From Escherichia phage vB_EcoM_VR26, in the sequence record NC_028957.1: a stretch of 64,000 nucleotides of DNA. One strand, given 5' to 3'. Under the pieces are notes generated by a model, which searched no databases, was not told the origin of the DNA, and saw only the letters and a list, made by a program, of their open reading frames with translations. This document shows positions 1 through 9,261 of this stretch, one piece after another (position 1 is the stretch's first letter; every line of letters begins with the position of its first letter). A program made the position numbers and the translations under genes.

Positions 1-483
1 AAGCTTCCGTTGTTGCTTACGACTCTCTAATGTATATTCAGCGGCCAAAATAGTAAGCTTGTCTTTATCGTAATTTTTAATATCAGAGTAAGTTGGACGG
101 CGGTCAACCATTCCAAAGTGGTCACCATTTTCTAACATCAAATAACACACTAAATGATAATCATCGTCAGCATTAATAAGTTGACTATAATCGCTAGGGT
201 CGTTTAAAGCATATACTGAATAACGTAGTCCAGCGAATTCCACTCGTTGAATACCCAGATTCACGTCAATAATTTCCAAGGCATCTGCGAAAGAAATGTC
301 TTCAGCTAAAGCAAAAATAAAAGGCAATTTTGTAGTATCACCACGGCTAGTTGTTCTTCTTAAGAAATCATTGGAATAACCTAGGTCACCACGGATTCTA
401 TAAAGAACTGTATTAGTTTCAGTGGCAAGACCACTATCACCAAACCATTTTACATTTGATATAAGATTATCGTATGAAGTCAT
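1..483 (-). CDS. hypothetical protein, 3' end outside window
   Basis: Reverse frame open from ATG at 481-483 (GAGGAG SD upstream) to position 1, checked codon by codon; starts MTSYDNLISNVKWFGDS; no family recognised. Confidence 0.4.
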   Translation of the reverse strand, partial: MTSYDNLISNVKWFGDSGLATETNTVLYRIRGDLGYSNDFLRRTTSRGDTTKLPFIFALAEDISFADALEIIDVNLGIQRVEFAGLRYSVYALNDPSDYSQLINADDDYHLVCYLMLENGDHFGMVDRRPTYSDIKNYDKDKLTILAAEYTLESRKQQRKL

Positions 484-526
484 AATATTCTCCTCTCCCA
501 ATTAGGGGGCAAAGCCCCCTTTTATC

Positions 527-1120
527 TTACTTAAGTGAATTGATGTATTCTTCAATGTCAGCGGACGTGGTATCCACACCAACCTGTGGACCTTTGAAGG
601 TTTCAACACGCATCAGAGTGTCTTCAATATCAATCTTAGTCAATGCAGCGATTTCAACAACATCATCTGCAGTCGCAATACCCAGGGCAGATACCTTACG
701 AGTTTCGCGGATGTATTCCAGTTTAACAGCTAGTTCCTGACGAGAATCATCCAGCTCTTTAACTTTCAATTTAATTTCATTACGCATTTCAACATAATCA
801 TCTGCCTTCTTACGAAGTTGTTTAGCGGTGCGACGATACAGGAGACCCAGTTTAGCATGGACTTGGACATCAGCACCATCAGCAATCAGTTTACGGATTT
901 CACGCTCTTTTGAAGCAGCGAGCTGGTCTTTTTCATTCGCTAACTCGCGGATGCGTTTTTCTTCATTAACAGACTTAACGTGGGCAGTCTGGAGCTCAGT
1001 AATCTTGTCAATCAGGGTAGAAGCCGCTTTAGTATATTGGTCTTCAATAGACAGGTTTTGTGCCATTGCAGTACCCAGTTTGGAGCGGATGAATTCAACA
1101 AGTTTCTTTAAAGTATTCAT
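527..1120 (-). CDS. hypothetical protein, predicted coiled-coil rich
   Basis: 197-aa ORF with ATG start, preceded by an early-promoter stem-loop element; charged heptad-like sequence; no family recognised. Confidence 0.5.
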   Translation of the reverse strand: MNTLKKLVEFIRSKLGTAMAQNLSIEDQYTKAASTLIDKITELQTAHVKSVNEEKRIRELANEKDQLAASKEREIRKLIADGADVQVHAKLGLLYRRTAKQLRKKADDYVEMRNEIKLKVKELDDSRQELAVKLEYIRETRKVSALGIATADDVVEIAALTKIDIEDTLMRVETFKGPQVGVDTTSADIEEYINSLK

Positions 1121-1156
1121 GGTATTTCCTTCAGTTGGTTAATGTTTTATTATCCA

Positions 1157-1192
1157 GGGAACATACTATCATGTTCCCGTTAAAGCGTACAC
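1157..1192 (-). promoter_or_regulatory. early-promoter stem-loop element (PeSL-like), sigma70-type
   Basis: Reverse strand reads GTGTAC, 18 nt, TAGTAT; inverted repeat GGGAACAT/ATGTTCCC encloses the -10; lies upstream of the 527..1120 gene. Confidence 0.5.
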
Positions 1193-1196
1193 TGAT

Positions 1197-1502
1197 TTAG
1201 ATTTTATTTTCCTGCACACCATAGTAAAGTTCATCAGACACGATATCCAGGATGCGGCGAACATATTCATCATGGTAACGACATTCAAAATCAAATTCAA
1301 CTGTAGTTTCTGGCTCACGGGAAAACTTAACTTGCACATTCAGGTGGTTAACAACTTTAGTAAAGCTGTCAGTAAAGAATTCTTTTGCTACTGCTTGTTG
1401 TACTTGTACTTTATACTTTGTATTGCGAATCATGTTTTCAGCTGATGCGAAATTACCAGTTTTATCAAAGTCAACAAGCGCCAGGTTGATGATGAATTTC
1501 AT
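1197..1502 (-). CDS. hypothetical protein
   Basis: 101-aa ORF, ATG start with GGAG SD, early-promoter element immediately upstream. Confidence 0.5.
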   Translation of the reverse strand: MKFIINLALVDFDKTGNFASAENMIRNTKYKVQVQQAVAKEFFTDSFTKVVNHLNVQVKFSREPETTVEFDFECRYHDEYVRRILDIVSDELYYGVQENKI

Positions 1503-1520
1503 TTTATTCTCCAGTTTTAT

Positions 1521-1575
1521 TTGGTAACTCAGTATGGAATCATTATGCCTTAAAGCAGGGGGCTTGTATACCCCC
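1521..1575 (-). promoter_or_regulatory. early-promoter stem-loop element (PeSL-like) with conserved leader
   Basis: Reverse strand reads GTATAC, 17-18 nt, CATAAT, then leader GATTCCATACTGAGTTACCAAA; GGGGG/CCCCC stem-loop over the -35 region. Confidence 0.5.
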
Positions 1576-1582
1576 TTTTGAA

Positions 1583-2026
1583 TTAAATTTCAAATTCTTT
1601 GCGGAAGTTGGAAGCATAAGATTGAACAGATGCTTTGTTGAATCCAAACTCACGCACAATCATATCAATAACAGCTCTGCGAGCAGCACCATTAGACATA
1701 TTAACAGTTTTGAACATATCATAGCATAAATCTTTGTTGCTCATACCGGAGCGTTTAGGTGCCTTACGCTCAGCTTTTGGTTCAGCTTTAGGAGTAGGTT
1801 TAACTTCTGGTTTAACCTGCCCATCATTCAGACCTTTAAAAATTTTACCTGCCAGAGTTGCCAGTTTAGCAGCTTCACCACGAGTGATACCAAATACTGC
1901 CGGGTTAAATGAAATACCTTCAGCTGTCAGACGTTTGAAGAACATACGCGCTGCGGATTGCGCTTCAGCTTCAGAAGAGTTGTTTAATGCCAGTTTAACG
2001 TACTTAACCAGTTTTGAAGTTTTCAT
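1583..2026 (-). CDS. hypothetical protein, paralog of the 2110..2535 product (shared C-terminal domain)
   Basis: ORF track starts at a GTG (2077) inside the promoter; in-frame ATG at 2026 follows the promoter and a weak SD; C-terminus ARRAVIDMIV...VQSYASNFRK matches the neighbouring gene. Confidence 0.5.
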   Translation of the reverse strand: MKTSKLVKYVKLALNNSSEAEAQSAARMFFKRLTAEGISFNPAVFGITRGEAAKLATLAGKIFKGLNDGQVKPEVKPTPKAEPKAERKAPKRSGMSNKDLCYDMFKTVNMSNGAARRAVIDMIVREFGFNKASVQSYASNFRKEFEI

Positions 2027-2047
2027 TTTATTATCCCGTTTGTTTAT

Positions 2048-2097
2048 TTGGTAACTCAGTATGGGATAATTATACACTATCCCACCTGGAAGTAAAA
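2048..2097 (-). promoter_or_regulatory. early-promoter stem-loop element (PeSL-like)
   Basis: Reverse strand reads TTTTAC, 17 nt, TATAAT; inverted repeat GGGATA/TATCCC encloses the -10; same leader CCATACTGAGTTACCAAA as the other copies. Confidence 0.5.
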
Positions 2098-2109
2098 CAC
2101 TTTTCTCAA

Positions 2110-2535
2110 TTATTTTTGAGCTTTGCGGAAGTTGGAAGCATAAGACTGAACAACAGTCTTTTTGATATCATGGGTAGTAACCAGGACATCAATCAGAGCG
2201 CGGCGAGCGGCATTATCATTCATATCAATTTCTGCAAATGCCTGGAAGCAAATGTCACGGGCGTTACCAGATTTGGACTGGATTTTTTCTTCTTTAACTT
2301 CTTCAATTGGGAATTCAATCATTTCAGCTTGGATTAATTCAATGATGGATTCTTTTGACTGTTTGGTGTTTACCTTCAGTTCAGAATTAAGGGACTTGGC
2401 GATGGCAACAATCTGGGTTGAAGTCAGATGGATAAGTGCATCTTCACGAATGCAGATTTCACATACTTCGTCAGCAACCATTTTGTTAGTGATGCGGGTA
2501 ACAGAGAATGCAGAGGTCAGGGTCAGAAAGTTCAT
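2110..2535 (-). CDS. hypothetical protein, paralog of the 1583..2026 product
   Basis: 141-aa ORF, ATG with GGAG SD; C-terminus ARRALIDVLV...VQSYASNFRK shared with the adjacent gene. Confidence 0.5.
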   Translation of the reverse strand: MNFLTLTSAFSVTRITNKMVADEVCEICIREDALIHLTSTQIVAIAKSLNSELKVNTKQSKESIIELIQAEMIEFPIEEVKEEKIQSKSGNARDICFQAFAEIDMNDNAARRALIDVLVTTHDIKKTVVQSYASNFRKAQK

Positions 2536-2567
2536 TTTATTTCTCCAAAGTTTTTGTGATTCAGTGT

Positions 2568-2615
2568 GTAACTCAGTATGGAATCATTATGCACCCGGTC
2601 AATTCGGATGTACAC
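2568..2615 (-). promoter_or_regulatory. early-promoter element with conserved leader
   Basis: Reverse strand reads GTGTAC, 18 nt, CATAAT, then GATTCCATACTGAGTTAC; near-identical to the copies at 1521 and 41079. Confidence 0.5.
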
Positions 2616-2652
2616 TACTTTTTGAAGAAAATTTCAAATTTATTCGGGGTAT

Positions 2653-2680
2653 AAAAAAGCCCCAACCTTTCGGGAGGGGC
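2653..2680 (-). terminator. rho-independent terminator after the T5orf172-domain gene
   Basis: Reverse strand reads AGCCCCTCCCGAAAGGTTGGGGCT followed by TTTTTT. Confidence 0.6.
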
Positions 2681-3339
2681 TATACCTTGTCGGGGTTCCA
2701 CCTGCAAGGCAAGTGTTCAAAATAGGGTGCGCCGTGAATACGACCACGTTGAACAAAGCCGTCATCTACTTTCATAGCAAGCAGGATGAAGTCCATAAGA
2801 CCCTGATTGATTGGTATTTCAAATTTCGTAGATTTAATATCTAATTTTTTAACTATGGAACTTATGTCATGAAAGAAAAACCATTCACCATTTATATGGT
2901 CCTGATTATAAATGCTGTGCATATATTTTTCAAGTTCTACTGCATCCTGGGAATATCTAAATGATACTATTTTAAAACTTTTAAAAGGTGAAAATGTATT
3001 TGCTGTTATAGCTCTAACATCGGGTTCTATACTTCTTCCTATTTTATAATAATTAGGATTTGTAGTGTCTACCATTATGTATACAAAAGCTTGTCGATAA
3101 CTTTTTTCTATGTCAAATTCATCTTTAAATTTCAAAAGATTTAGGGCAGCAGTCCTACAAAATACTCTCCATATCGACGAGCGTTTAGCTTCGGTCATCG
3201 AAAAGAATTTTTTCTTATCTATGATTTTAAGAAAAGCCACCTTTTCAATTAGTTCTTGTGTTATTTCAAAATTACCATGGTATATTAATCCAGCTTTTAT
3301 AGCCAAATTAATTTGGTCCCAGTCTACATCACTTCTCAT
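2680..3339 (-). CDS. T5orf172-type GIY-YIG domain protein
   Basis: 219 aa; C-terminal half carries FVYIMVD...YYKIGRS ... ELEKYMHS...HINGEWFFF, which matches the T5orf172/GIY-YIG pattern as I recall it; N-terminal ~90 aa unassigned. Confidence 0.55.
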   Translation of the reverse strand: MRSDVDWDQINLAIKAGLIYHGNFEITQELIEKVAFLKIIDKKKFFSMTEAKRSSIWRVFCRTAALNLLKFKDEFDIEKSYRQAFVYIMVDTTNPNYYKIGRSIEPDVRAITANTFSPFKSFKIVSFRYSQDAVELEKYMHSIYNQDHINGEWFFFHDISSIVKKLDIKSTKFEIPINQGLMDFILLAMKVDDGFVQRGRIHGAPYFEHLPCRWNPDKV

Positions 3340-3358
3340 AATATTATTCTCATTAATT

Positions 3359-3435
3359 TGGTCGGGGTGAAAGGATTCTAACCTTTAACCTGCGGTTTAG
3401 AGGACCGCTACTCTATACAATTGAGTTACACCCCG
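3359..3435 (-). tRNA. tRNA-Arg (anticodon UCU)
   Basis: Reverse complement folds as a cloverleaf: acceptor CGGGGTG/CACCCCG, anticodon stem GCGGT/ACCGC with loop CCTCTAA, T-stem AAAGG/CCTTT, encoded CCA. Confidence 0.8.
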
Positions 3436-3439
3436 TGTT

Positions 3440-3514
3440 TGGTGGCCCTTGCTGGTTTCGATCCAGCTACCTATCAGTTATGAGCTGACAGCTCTCCCAT
3501 TGAGCTAAAGGGCC
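3440..3514 (-). tRNA. tRNA with anticodon CAU (Met, or Ile2-type AUA reader by analogy with T4 tRNA-Ile)
   Basis: Reverse complement GGCCCTTTAGCTCAATGGGAGAGCTGTCAGCTCATAACTGATAGG...AAGGGCCACCA; 7-bp acceptor, anticodon loop CTCATAA, encoded CCA. Confidence 0.8.
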
Positions 3515-3521
3515 TTAATTA

Positions 3522-3941
3522 TTAACTTGACCATCCCCAACCTTCGGAAGGACCATCGTAGTGTACACAAATATCAGGTGAAATATTAAAATTGGCTTCG
3601 TCCGAAGAAAAAACACCCAACTTTTTACCAAACTCACTGAAGCAGAATTGTTCGCCGCCTGGAGCCCAAACATCTTCAAATAAAACAGTGAATAGCCAGC
3701 CAGCAATTAAATCTGCATCAAATTCTGTTACACCTGAACACATTTCATATAACTCGTCATCACAGACTGTAGCCACGATATGGGCCAAATGACTTTCAGA
3801 TTTTAACCAGATGCGAATTAAATTACCATCAAAACAATTGTAGTTAATTTCGGATGGCTGGCAGTTATAAAATACTTCTGTAGCGATTTCTGGATTTTCC
3901 CAGGTTTCGTCGTTAAAATTGATAAGAATAGGAGTAATCAT
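3522..3941 (-). CDS. hypothetical protein
   Basis: 139-aa ORF, ATG with GAGGA SD; no family recognised. Confidence 0.5.
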   Translation of the reverse strand: MITPILINFNDETWENPEIATEVFYNCQPSEINYNCFDGNLIRIWLKSESHLAHIVATVCDDELYEMCSGVTEFDADLIAGWLFTVLFEDVWAPGGEQFCFSEFGKKLGVFSSDEANFNISPDICVHYDGPSEGWGWSS

Positions 3942-4053
3942 ATTTTCCTCATTAGTTGATTATTCTATTATGAAAGGCTCTTTGAGGGAAGAACCTTTGG
4001 TAATAGAGGGTACTTATTAATAATAACACACAACTCTTAAAGCATATTACTTG

Positions 4054-4434
4054 TTAACCTTCATCAACAATAGTATGGGTGTTGGCATTAACAATCTGCC
4101 ACCAGTCAAAACGGTTAGAACCATATTGAGGCTTATTCTCGTTTTCTTTAATGATATCGCGCAGTTCGTCTTCAGTCGCAGCTTTTGCGATTAGGTCTGC
4201 ATAACCACCCCGGGGATAATAGCTATCGCCAGCAAAGAGTAAAAAGTTTGTTTTGATATTCTTGAATTCTTCAAGAGTAATAACCGTTCCAGATGGTTGA
4301 ACAATATCTACGTAACTATACCCCAATTGCTGGGCTTTATCTACCGCTTCAAGCAGGGTGTCATGCGCCCACCCAATTTGACACTCTGGTTTGTCAGATG
4401 GATTGGCCTGATAATCCGCATACACTTTATACAT
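4054..4434 (-). CDS. hypothetical protein
   Basis: Start moved to the in-frame ATG at 4434 (MYKVYADYQ), which follows an AGGTGA SD; the track start at 4482 is not an ATG. Confidence 0.45.
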   Translation of the reverse strand: MYKVYADYQANPSDKPECQIGWAHDTLLEAVDKAQQLGYSYVDIVQPSGTVITLEEFKNIKTNFLLFAGDSYYPRGGYADLIAKAATEDELRDIIKENENKPQYGSNRFDWWQIVNANTHTIVDEG

Positions 4435-4435
4435 T

Positions 4436-4621
4436 TTACTCACCTTTAGATATTTTATCCATAACGAAAGAGATTGAACCAATTAAGAATGCAACTACTA
4501 AAGAGATTGTATTCTCAGAAGTTGAAAGCATATTCAACATAAAGCCAGCAAACATGCTAAAACCAAAAGCAGTAACAGCAACAAGGGCAGTAACATTTCT
4601 AATTAATTCGCAACGTTTCAT
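4436..4621 (-). CDS. small hydrophobic protein, probably membrane
   Basis: 61 aa with two hydrophobic stretches; ATG with GGAG SD; early-promoter element directly upstream. Confidence 0.4.
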   Translation of the reverse strand: MKRCELIRNVTALVAVTAFGFSMFAGFMLNMLSTSENTISLVVAFLIGSISFVMDKISKGE

Positions 4622-4629
4622 TTTATTCT

Positions 4630-4678
4630 CCTCAGTAGTTGATGGGATAATTGTACACTATCCCATTCAAAAGTACAC
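4630..4678 (-). promoter_or_regulatory. early-promoter stem-loop element (PeSL-like)
   Basis: Reverse strand reads GTGTAC, 17 nt, TACAAT; inverted repeat GGGATA/TATCCC around the -10. Confidence 0.5.
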
Positions 4679-4912
4679 TTATTTTTTACGGAAAATTGAT
4701 TTATACTTGTTAGCCCATTTCTCGATAACTTCTGCCGGACCCTGGATAACAAAATAGTCACCAAACTCTTCACCGCCGAGCTGACCGTAATTATCTAAGG
4801 CGTCGCGGAGAGTTCCATAAGGCATTTCGCCCATTTTATCTTTCTTGCCAGTGTAAATGAATTGCACTTTAACATCAGCAGTTTCATTAATAAATTCTTG
4901 ATAAGTTTTCAT
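4679..4912 (-). CDS. internal head protein-like, with capsid-targeting sequence
   Basis: N-terminus MKTYQEFINE closely matches the T4 IP capsid-targeting sequence MKTYQEFIAE (gp21 L/I-x-E site); 77 aa. Confidence 0.6.
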   Translation of the reverse strand: MKTYQEFINETADVKVQFIYTGKKDKMGEMPYGTLRDALDNYGQLGGEEFGDYFVIQGPAEVIEKWANKYKSIFRKK

Positions 4913-4924
4913 GCTGTCTCCAGT

Positions 4925-4967
4925 AGTTGATGGGATAATTATACTGCAGTTATTCCATCATGTATAC
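4925..4967 (-). promoter_or_regulatory. early-promoter stem-loop element (PeSL-like)
   Basis: Reverse strand reads GTATAC, 18 nt, TATAAT; imperfect inverted repeat around the -10. Confidence 0.5.
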
Positions 4968-5210
4968 TTATTTTAAGTCTTCTAGGCGTTTTTTCATCTT
5001 GGTGCCATTCTTAGCAATTTCGCCTGCATCAGAACAAAGAGCAAGGAGAGCTTTAACTTTACCCTGGTCGCCTTTAAAAGATGATGCATCTACAGAATCA
5101 GCAAGTTCTTTGATGCGAGCAAACAGGCGCTCTGCTTCAGCAAGGGCTTGACCAAGTTTAACTTCCATACCATGGGAAGATTCTGTCATAAATGTTTGAT
5201 AAGTTTTCAT
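4968..5210 (-). CDS. internal head protein-like, with capsid-targeting sequence
   Basis: N-terminus MKTYQTFMTE; 80 aa; tandem with the other IP-like genes. Confidence 0.6.
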   Translation of the reverse strand: MKTYQTFMTESSHGMEVKLGQALAEAERLFARIKELADSVDASSFKGDQGKVKALLALCSDAGEIAKNGTKMKKRLEDLK

Positions 5211-5218
5211 TTGAAATC

Positions 5219-5491
5219 CTATTTTAGATAAATTGCATATTTTTTATACCCAGCTGTCTCATGGCGGAGACCCTTGTCATTGGCAAAACGCTCAATGTTA
5301 TTAATTTGGTTCTGGTCAAGTTCAGAGATGTCAAACGCGAAAAAGTTGCGTTTGTTACCAATTGTTATATGGTCAGTTAAGTCAATGCTGTACAGGTGAT
5401 TGATATTGTCAATCATAGCTTTGACTGCTTTACTAATTTTTACTTCTTCATTCAGTTGGGACTCGTTGAAAAGTTCATTAAAAGTTTTCAT
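5219..5491 (-). CDS. internal head protein-like, with capsid-targeting sequence
   Basis: N-terminus MKTFNELFNE; 90 aa. Confidence 0.55.
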   Translation of the reverse strand: MKTFNELFNESQLNEEVKISKAVKAMIDNINHLYSIDLTDHITIGNKRNFFAFDISELDQNQINNIERFANDKGLRHETAGYKKYAIYLK

Positions 5492-5499
5492 AAGAAACC

Positions 5500-5832
5500 T
5501 TATTTATACAGTTTAGCTAGTTCTTTACGTCCGCGAGCAGACATAATGAATTGTTCATCACCAATTTTGAAATAAGCCATACCGCCGTCAACAGCGATGC
5601 CAATTTCTTTAGTACCTTCTTTGCCTTTCCACTTGCCACCAGATTTCAGGACAGCTTCAACTGCAGCTTTGGAATATTTGGACGTTTGAAAACGTTCATT
5701 ACCAATCTGAAAGAAAACACCATCTGCGTTTTTGGATAAACCAAATTTCAGAGAGCCTTCACTATCATCAATTGATTTGGTCTCATTGATGGCGGATTCG
5801 GCTAAAAACTCATTATAAGTCTTGATGTTCAT
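5500..5832 (-). CDS. internal head protein-like, with capsid-targeting sequence
   Basis: Start placed at the ATG at 5832 (MNIKTYNEFLAE) after a GGAG SD; the upstream ATG at 5865 sits inside the promoter -10. Confidence 0.55.
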   Translation of the reverse strand: MNIKTYNEFLAESAINETKSIDDSEGSLKFGLSKNADGVFFQIGNERFQTSKYSKAAVEAVLKSGGKWKGKEGTKEIGIAVDGGMAYFKIGDEQFIMSARGRKELAKLYK

Positions 5833-5853
5833 TTTAACTCCGTTTGTTCGTTG

Positions 5854-5892
5854 GTGTAGGAACATAATACTGCACCTACACTCGTTTGTACA

Positions 5893-5893
<1 letters not shown>
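5854..5893 (-). promoter_or_regulatory. early-promoter stem-loop element for the IP-like gene array
   Basis: Reverse strand reads GTGTAC, 17 nt, TATTAT; inverted repeat GTGTAGG/CCTACAC around the -10. Confidence 0.5.
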
Positions 5894-6583
<690 letters not shown>

Positions 6584-6584
<1 letters not shown>

Positions 6585-7261
6585 TATATTACCTTATTAA
6601 TTTTATCAAAAAGTTCTTCGAGTGTGCCATCGTTTTTAATAACAATGTCACTAGCTAGTGGTGGAAGTCCAGCTTCCGTAATGTGTGTATCAGTAGAATG
6701 ATTTGCTTCATCGCGTTCTACAAAGATTATTGTAGCACCCATCGCCCGAAGCGAATCAAGTTCGTTCTTTTGGCGAACATCAGGGACAACGTAATATTTA
6801 TATCCAGAATAGAGGTTGTCAAGATAATCGCACGCAAAAGTTTTAATCCAAAACATGCTGTCGAACTCTGTACAAACGATGTCAGTTCCAAGGGTCTGCA
6901 TGAAACGTCTAACTGTCCAGGGCTCAACATTATTTAGTGTGTGAAATTCAATGATTTTACGAACCATATCTGGATTCGGAAGGTCAAGATTATATTGTTG
7001 TTTCAACCATTCAAGAGCATCAACCAGAAGAATATGAGCTTCAGTGTTGTTCATTATCAAGGTTTTTTCGCGGTCATAACCTTGTCCATCAAAATTTTCC
7101 AGGGTCAAATTGTGTGGCAGGTCTTGACGAACCCACGCTTTATAAAGCGCTTCTTTAATTGGACCAGCAAGTTGCCACTTTGTTCCGTTTTGACTAATAA
7201 CATAATCAGCAGTCGTATCTTTACCACTGCGTTTTTTACCCACAATCGCAATTAATTTCAT
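6584..7261 (-). CDS. 1: gp1 deoxynucleoside monophosphate kinase
   Basis: MKLIAIVGKKRSGKDTTADY P-loop and strong similarity to T4 gp1 as recalled. Confidence 0.9.
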
Positions 7262-7857
7262 ACGTTTCTCATAGATGGATGCATTGACTTAGACCTGATT
7301 TCCTGTTGCATTGCTGCATTACTATCAATCTGTGGTCTACCTTCTATTATTATACCATCAATTTCTACAGCAAAAGACTTAAAGTTAAAAGTTGCTGTTG
7401 CGTTGATGGCAGGGTCAGAATCTTCTTTATATGAATACTGAATCTCTGACAGGTCGGACGGCCATGCTCCATAGTAATGGATTGACATGACAATTTTGTC
7501 CTTGTTGTTATCTAAGATATGAAGCGTGACCGCTTCGGGACGACCCTTTGGATGCCATGCTTTTGATTCGTGTGTGATGTAGTTATTAAGCGAGAGCATC
7601 CATTTATAGATGTCAAGCCATGCCCTTAGGTCTTTGTCACACAGAAAGTTAACAATCAGCGGGTCGAATTCTATTGTACTACCAGGAAGACTGGAGCGAT
7701 TTATACCTTGCGTTCCACCGGGGACATCCGTCACAGGAATGTGAACCCCTGGGAGGGTAACGTCTTGAACGTTGAGTTTAAAAGTCTGTGTGAGGTTTGA
7801 ATCGCTTACCTCTAATATAAAGTTAGTCGTGTTAGTTTGATTATATAAACCTGACAT
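7258..7857 (-). CDS. 3: gp3 tail tube terminator / sheath stabiliser
   Basis: Start set at the internal ATG (MSGLYNQ) after an AAGGTG SD; the longer track ORF would overlap gp2; assignment by synteny and size. Confidence 0.65.
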   Translation of the reverse strand: MSGLYNQTNTTNFILEVSDSNLTQTFKLNVQDVTLPGVHIPVTDVPGGTQGINRSSLPGSTIEFDPLIVNFLCDKDLRAWLDIYKWMLSLNNYITHESKAWHPKGRPEAVTLHILDNNKDKIVMSIHYYGAWPSDLSEIQYSYKEDSDPAINATATFNFKSFAVEIDGIIIEGRPQIDSNAAMQQEIRSKSMHPSMRNV

Positions 7858-7868
7858 AGTGCACCTTG

Positions 7869-7907
7869 TTTGCTTTAAACCAATCAGTGTTATAATGGTT
7901 CTAGACC
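7869..7907 (+). promoter_or_regulatory. MotA-box middle-promoter-like module, antisense to gene 2
   Basis: Forward strand reads TTTGCTTTA, 13 nt, TATAAT, then the palindrome-containing GGTTCTAGACC; same module as upstream of rnlB and uvsY. Confidence 0.45.
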
Positions 7908-7942
7908 TTTTGTCCTTACCAATAACACTGACCGATAATAGA

Positions 7943-8776
7943 TTATGAATTTCTCCATACTTTCTGGGAAGAGAATCTTTTGCCTTTCGACATAAATTGT
8001 TGCAATGGAAGCATAACAACGTTTGCCCAGTCGCTGGGCTTGATTTCAGTGATAGTACCTTTTATATTACCAGGTATATATGCTTTAATCATCTGGTCAG
8101 CCCCTTTAAATCCCTTCACCTTTGACCAATCAATCTTCAGATGAGTCTTGTTCGTAATCGTAGGAGTATTAGCATATTGCTTAAGCAGTTCCTCAAGGAA
8201 CTCTTGACGTGCCTTCGGTGGAATATAGTGCAAGTTCAAACCATACATCAAATTGTGCTTACCCAACCCAAGATAAATGATTAACGGGTATTTGTCCCAG
8301 TACGGAAGAGTATCCTTATGCTTTGCATCATAGATATAAGCATAAATCTTACCTGGTTGAGGTTTAGCCGTTACGTGCCCTCTGACAGCTTTCTTAATTG
8401 TCTCTGCGAACCATCTGGCAGATTTGGTGTTGCTTGCAGCGCCTTCGTTAGCAATCTTATCTCTTATGCTCTTTCTAAAGCTATTCACCATTATTAGCTG
8501 GCGTTCAGCCTTCGTAAGTTTACCAGCAGGTTTCTTTTTGAGTTTGGATACTTTATAAGCAGTCTGAATTCTCGAATGATATCTTGACATGCTTTTGGTA
8601 AAGGTTGAATAGTTGATTCCTTTCTCTTCAGCAAACTTTTTCGAGGTCATTCCCTTTTCTTTTGCTGTATAAAATTCAACCCCTATCTCAACCCATTGTT
8701 GTTCGGATTTACTGGGTTTCGGACCCGGTTTATCTGCAGATTCATTGATAAATGTAAAAATACTCATCCTTTCCAT
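7943..8776 (-). CDS. 2: gp2 DNA end protector
   Basis: 277 aa; synteny and similarity to T4 gp2. Confidence 0.85.
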   Translation of the reverse strand: MERMSIFTFINESADKPGPKPSKSEQQWVEIGVEFYTAKEKGMTSKKFAEEKGINYSTFTKSMSRYHSRIQTAYKVSKLKKKPAGKLTKAERQLIMVNSFRKSIRDKIANEGAASNTKSARWFAETIKKAVRGHVTAKPQPGKIYAYIYDAKHKDTLPYWDKYPLIIYLGLGKHNLMYGLNLHYIPPKARQEFLEELLKQYANTPTITNKTHLKIDWSKVKGFKGADQMIKAYIPGNIKGTITEIKPSDWANVVMLPLQQFMSKGKRFSSQKVWRNS

Positions 8777-9213
8777 CCTAATTTTTTCAGTGAGTTTTCA
8801 GTGATTATCCTAAACGTTATACCCATTTTATCTGCCGTAGATTGTGCAGCTTTCCATTTGTCCGAGTTAACAGCCCAGGTATACATCTCGTTAATAAATC
8901 TCTTTTTGCTCGCAGCGGTATTATTAACAGGTTTGGTTGGTGGTCTTGTTTCTTTTAATGGCTTAACTTCGAAAAAGAACTGTTGTCCTGTATCAAACTT
9001 AACCCAGAAATCCATATAATACCTGCGCTTTTTACCATCGGCATTGCTAAAGTAAGGGATGATAACAGTCTCAGAACCCCATTGAACAACGTTCGGATGG
9101 TTGTCGAGCCATCTCATAAGCCAGGCCTCCCAGCTTGACCGGTATTGTATTTTCTTCCAGTCGCCCTTATATTTTTCTATATTAGTGGGCTTAAATTTCC
9201 CGGAGTATGCCAT
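8764..9213 (-). CDS. 4: gp4 head completion protein
   Basis: 149 aa; GGAGG SD; synteny with T4 gene 4. Confidence 0.85.
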   Translation of the reverse strand: MAYSGKFKPTNIEKYKGDWKKIQYRSSWEAWLMRWLDNHPNVVQWGSETVIIPYFSNADGKKRRYYMDFWVKFDTGQQFFFEVKPLKETRPPTKPVNNTAASKKRFINEMYTWAVNSDKWKAAQSTADKMGITFRIITENSLKKLGWKG

Positions 9214-9241
9214 ATAGCCTCCTAATAAATATTGATATACT

Positions 9242-9249
9242 TATTTATA
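9242..9249 (-). promoter_or_regulatory. late promoter TATAAATA for gene 4
   Basis: Reverse strand reads TATAAATA about 28 nt upstream of the gene 4 ATG. Confidence 0.6.
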
Positions 9250-9261
9250 AATGGAGGCTTT

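Noticed and set aside
505-523. GGGGGC AAA GCCCCC hairpin with a forward-side T-run
   Set aside because: Terminator-shaped only on the forward strand, where no gene is present; possibly a structural or recombination element
2162-2725. 187-aa forward ORF
   Set aside because: Antisense to the small early gene at 2110..2535 and running through its promoter and terminator
7258-8019. Long form of the gene 3 ORF (253 aa)
   Set aside because: The extension would overlap the gene 2 3' end; the internal ATG at 7857 has an SD and gives a T4-like size
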